DNA of 64,000 nt, from assembly GCF_009914755.1 (NCBI RefSeq), contig NC_060939.1, one strand, 5' to 3'. How positions within the stretch are numbered: the stretch's first letter is position 1; every line of letters begins with the position of its first letter. The position numbers were made by a program, and so were the translations under genes. Below the pieces are notes generated by a model that saw nothing but the letters and a program-made list of their open reading frames with translations, had not been told where the DNA came from and ran no database searches. Source of the DNA: the human T2T-CHM13v2.0 reference genome, Homo sapiens. Shown here one piece after another: positions 63,758-64,000 of the stretch.

Positions 63758-64000
63758 ACCTTTGGAGGGGTCATGATGCTGCTGTGAAGATAAAAGTAGA
63801 ATATAAAAGCTCTTTTCCCCATGTCGCTGATTCAAAAACATGTATTTCTTAAAAGACTAGATTCTATGGATCAAACAGAGGTTGATGCAAAAACACCACT
63901 GTTAAGGTGTAAAGTGAAATTTTCCAATGGTAGTTTTATATTCCAATTTTTTAAAATGATGTATTCAAGGATGAACAAAATACTATAGCATGCATGCCAC
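63758..64000 (+). other. ADAMTSL3: ADAMTSL3 3' UTR (probably continues beyond the window)
   Basis: AT-rich sequence after the stop; no canonical AATAAA seen in this stretch. Confidence 0.85.

Overview
Primate, almost certainly human, genomic DNA containing the 3' part of ADAMTSL3 (punctin-2) on the + strand. Ten coding exons can be spliced by hand, with GT-AG sites and consistent phases, into 2432 nt of CDS ending at TAA 63755-63757. This fits exons 21-30 of a 1691-aa protein as I recall it, and encodes three Ig-like domains, four TSP1 repeats and a PLAC domain. The introns hold typical repeats: about 15 Alus, L1, L2, MIR, hAT DNA transposons, MaLR LTRs and one full-length THE1D with intact TSDs. 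The most unexpected element is at about 3780-5170, in the intron before the first exon. It is a frameshift-riddled + strand fossil of a Ty3/gypsy (sushi-ichi; PEG10/RTL/Mart/Sirh-type) gag gene, with capsid NTD and CTD, a partial second NTD copy, a decayed CCHC knuckle and a possible protease remnant. The ORF track cannot show it because it is spread over all three frames. Other notable items are a duplicated splice donor after exon 23, a 233-bp ~95% identical duplication bracketing exon 26, and combinatorial splice sites at exons 29/30 that rewrite the PLAC domain. Reference proteins, exon numbers and repeat family names are recalled from memory, not searched.
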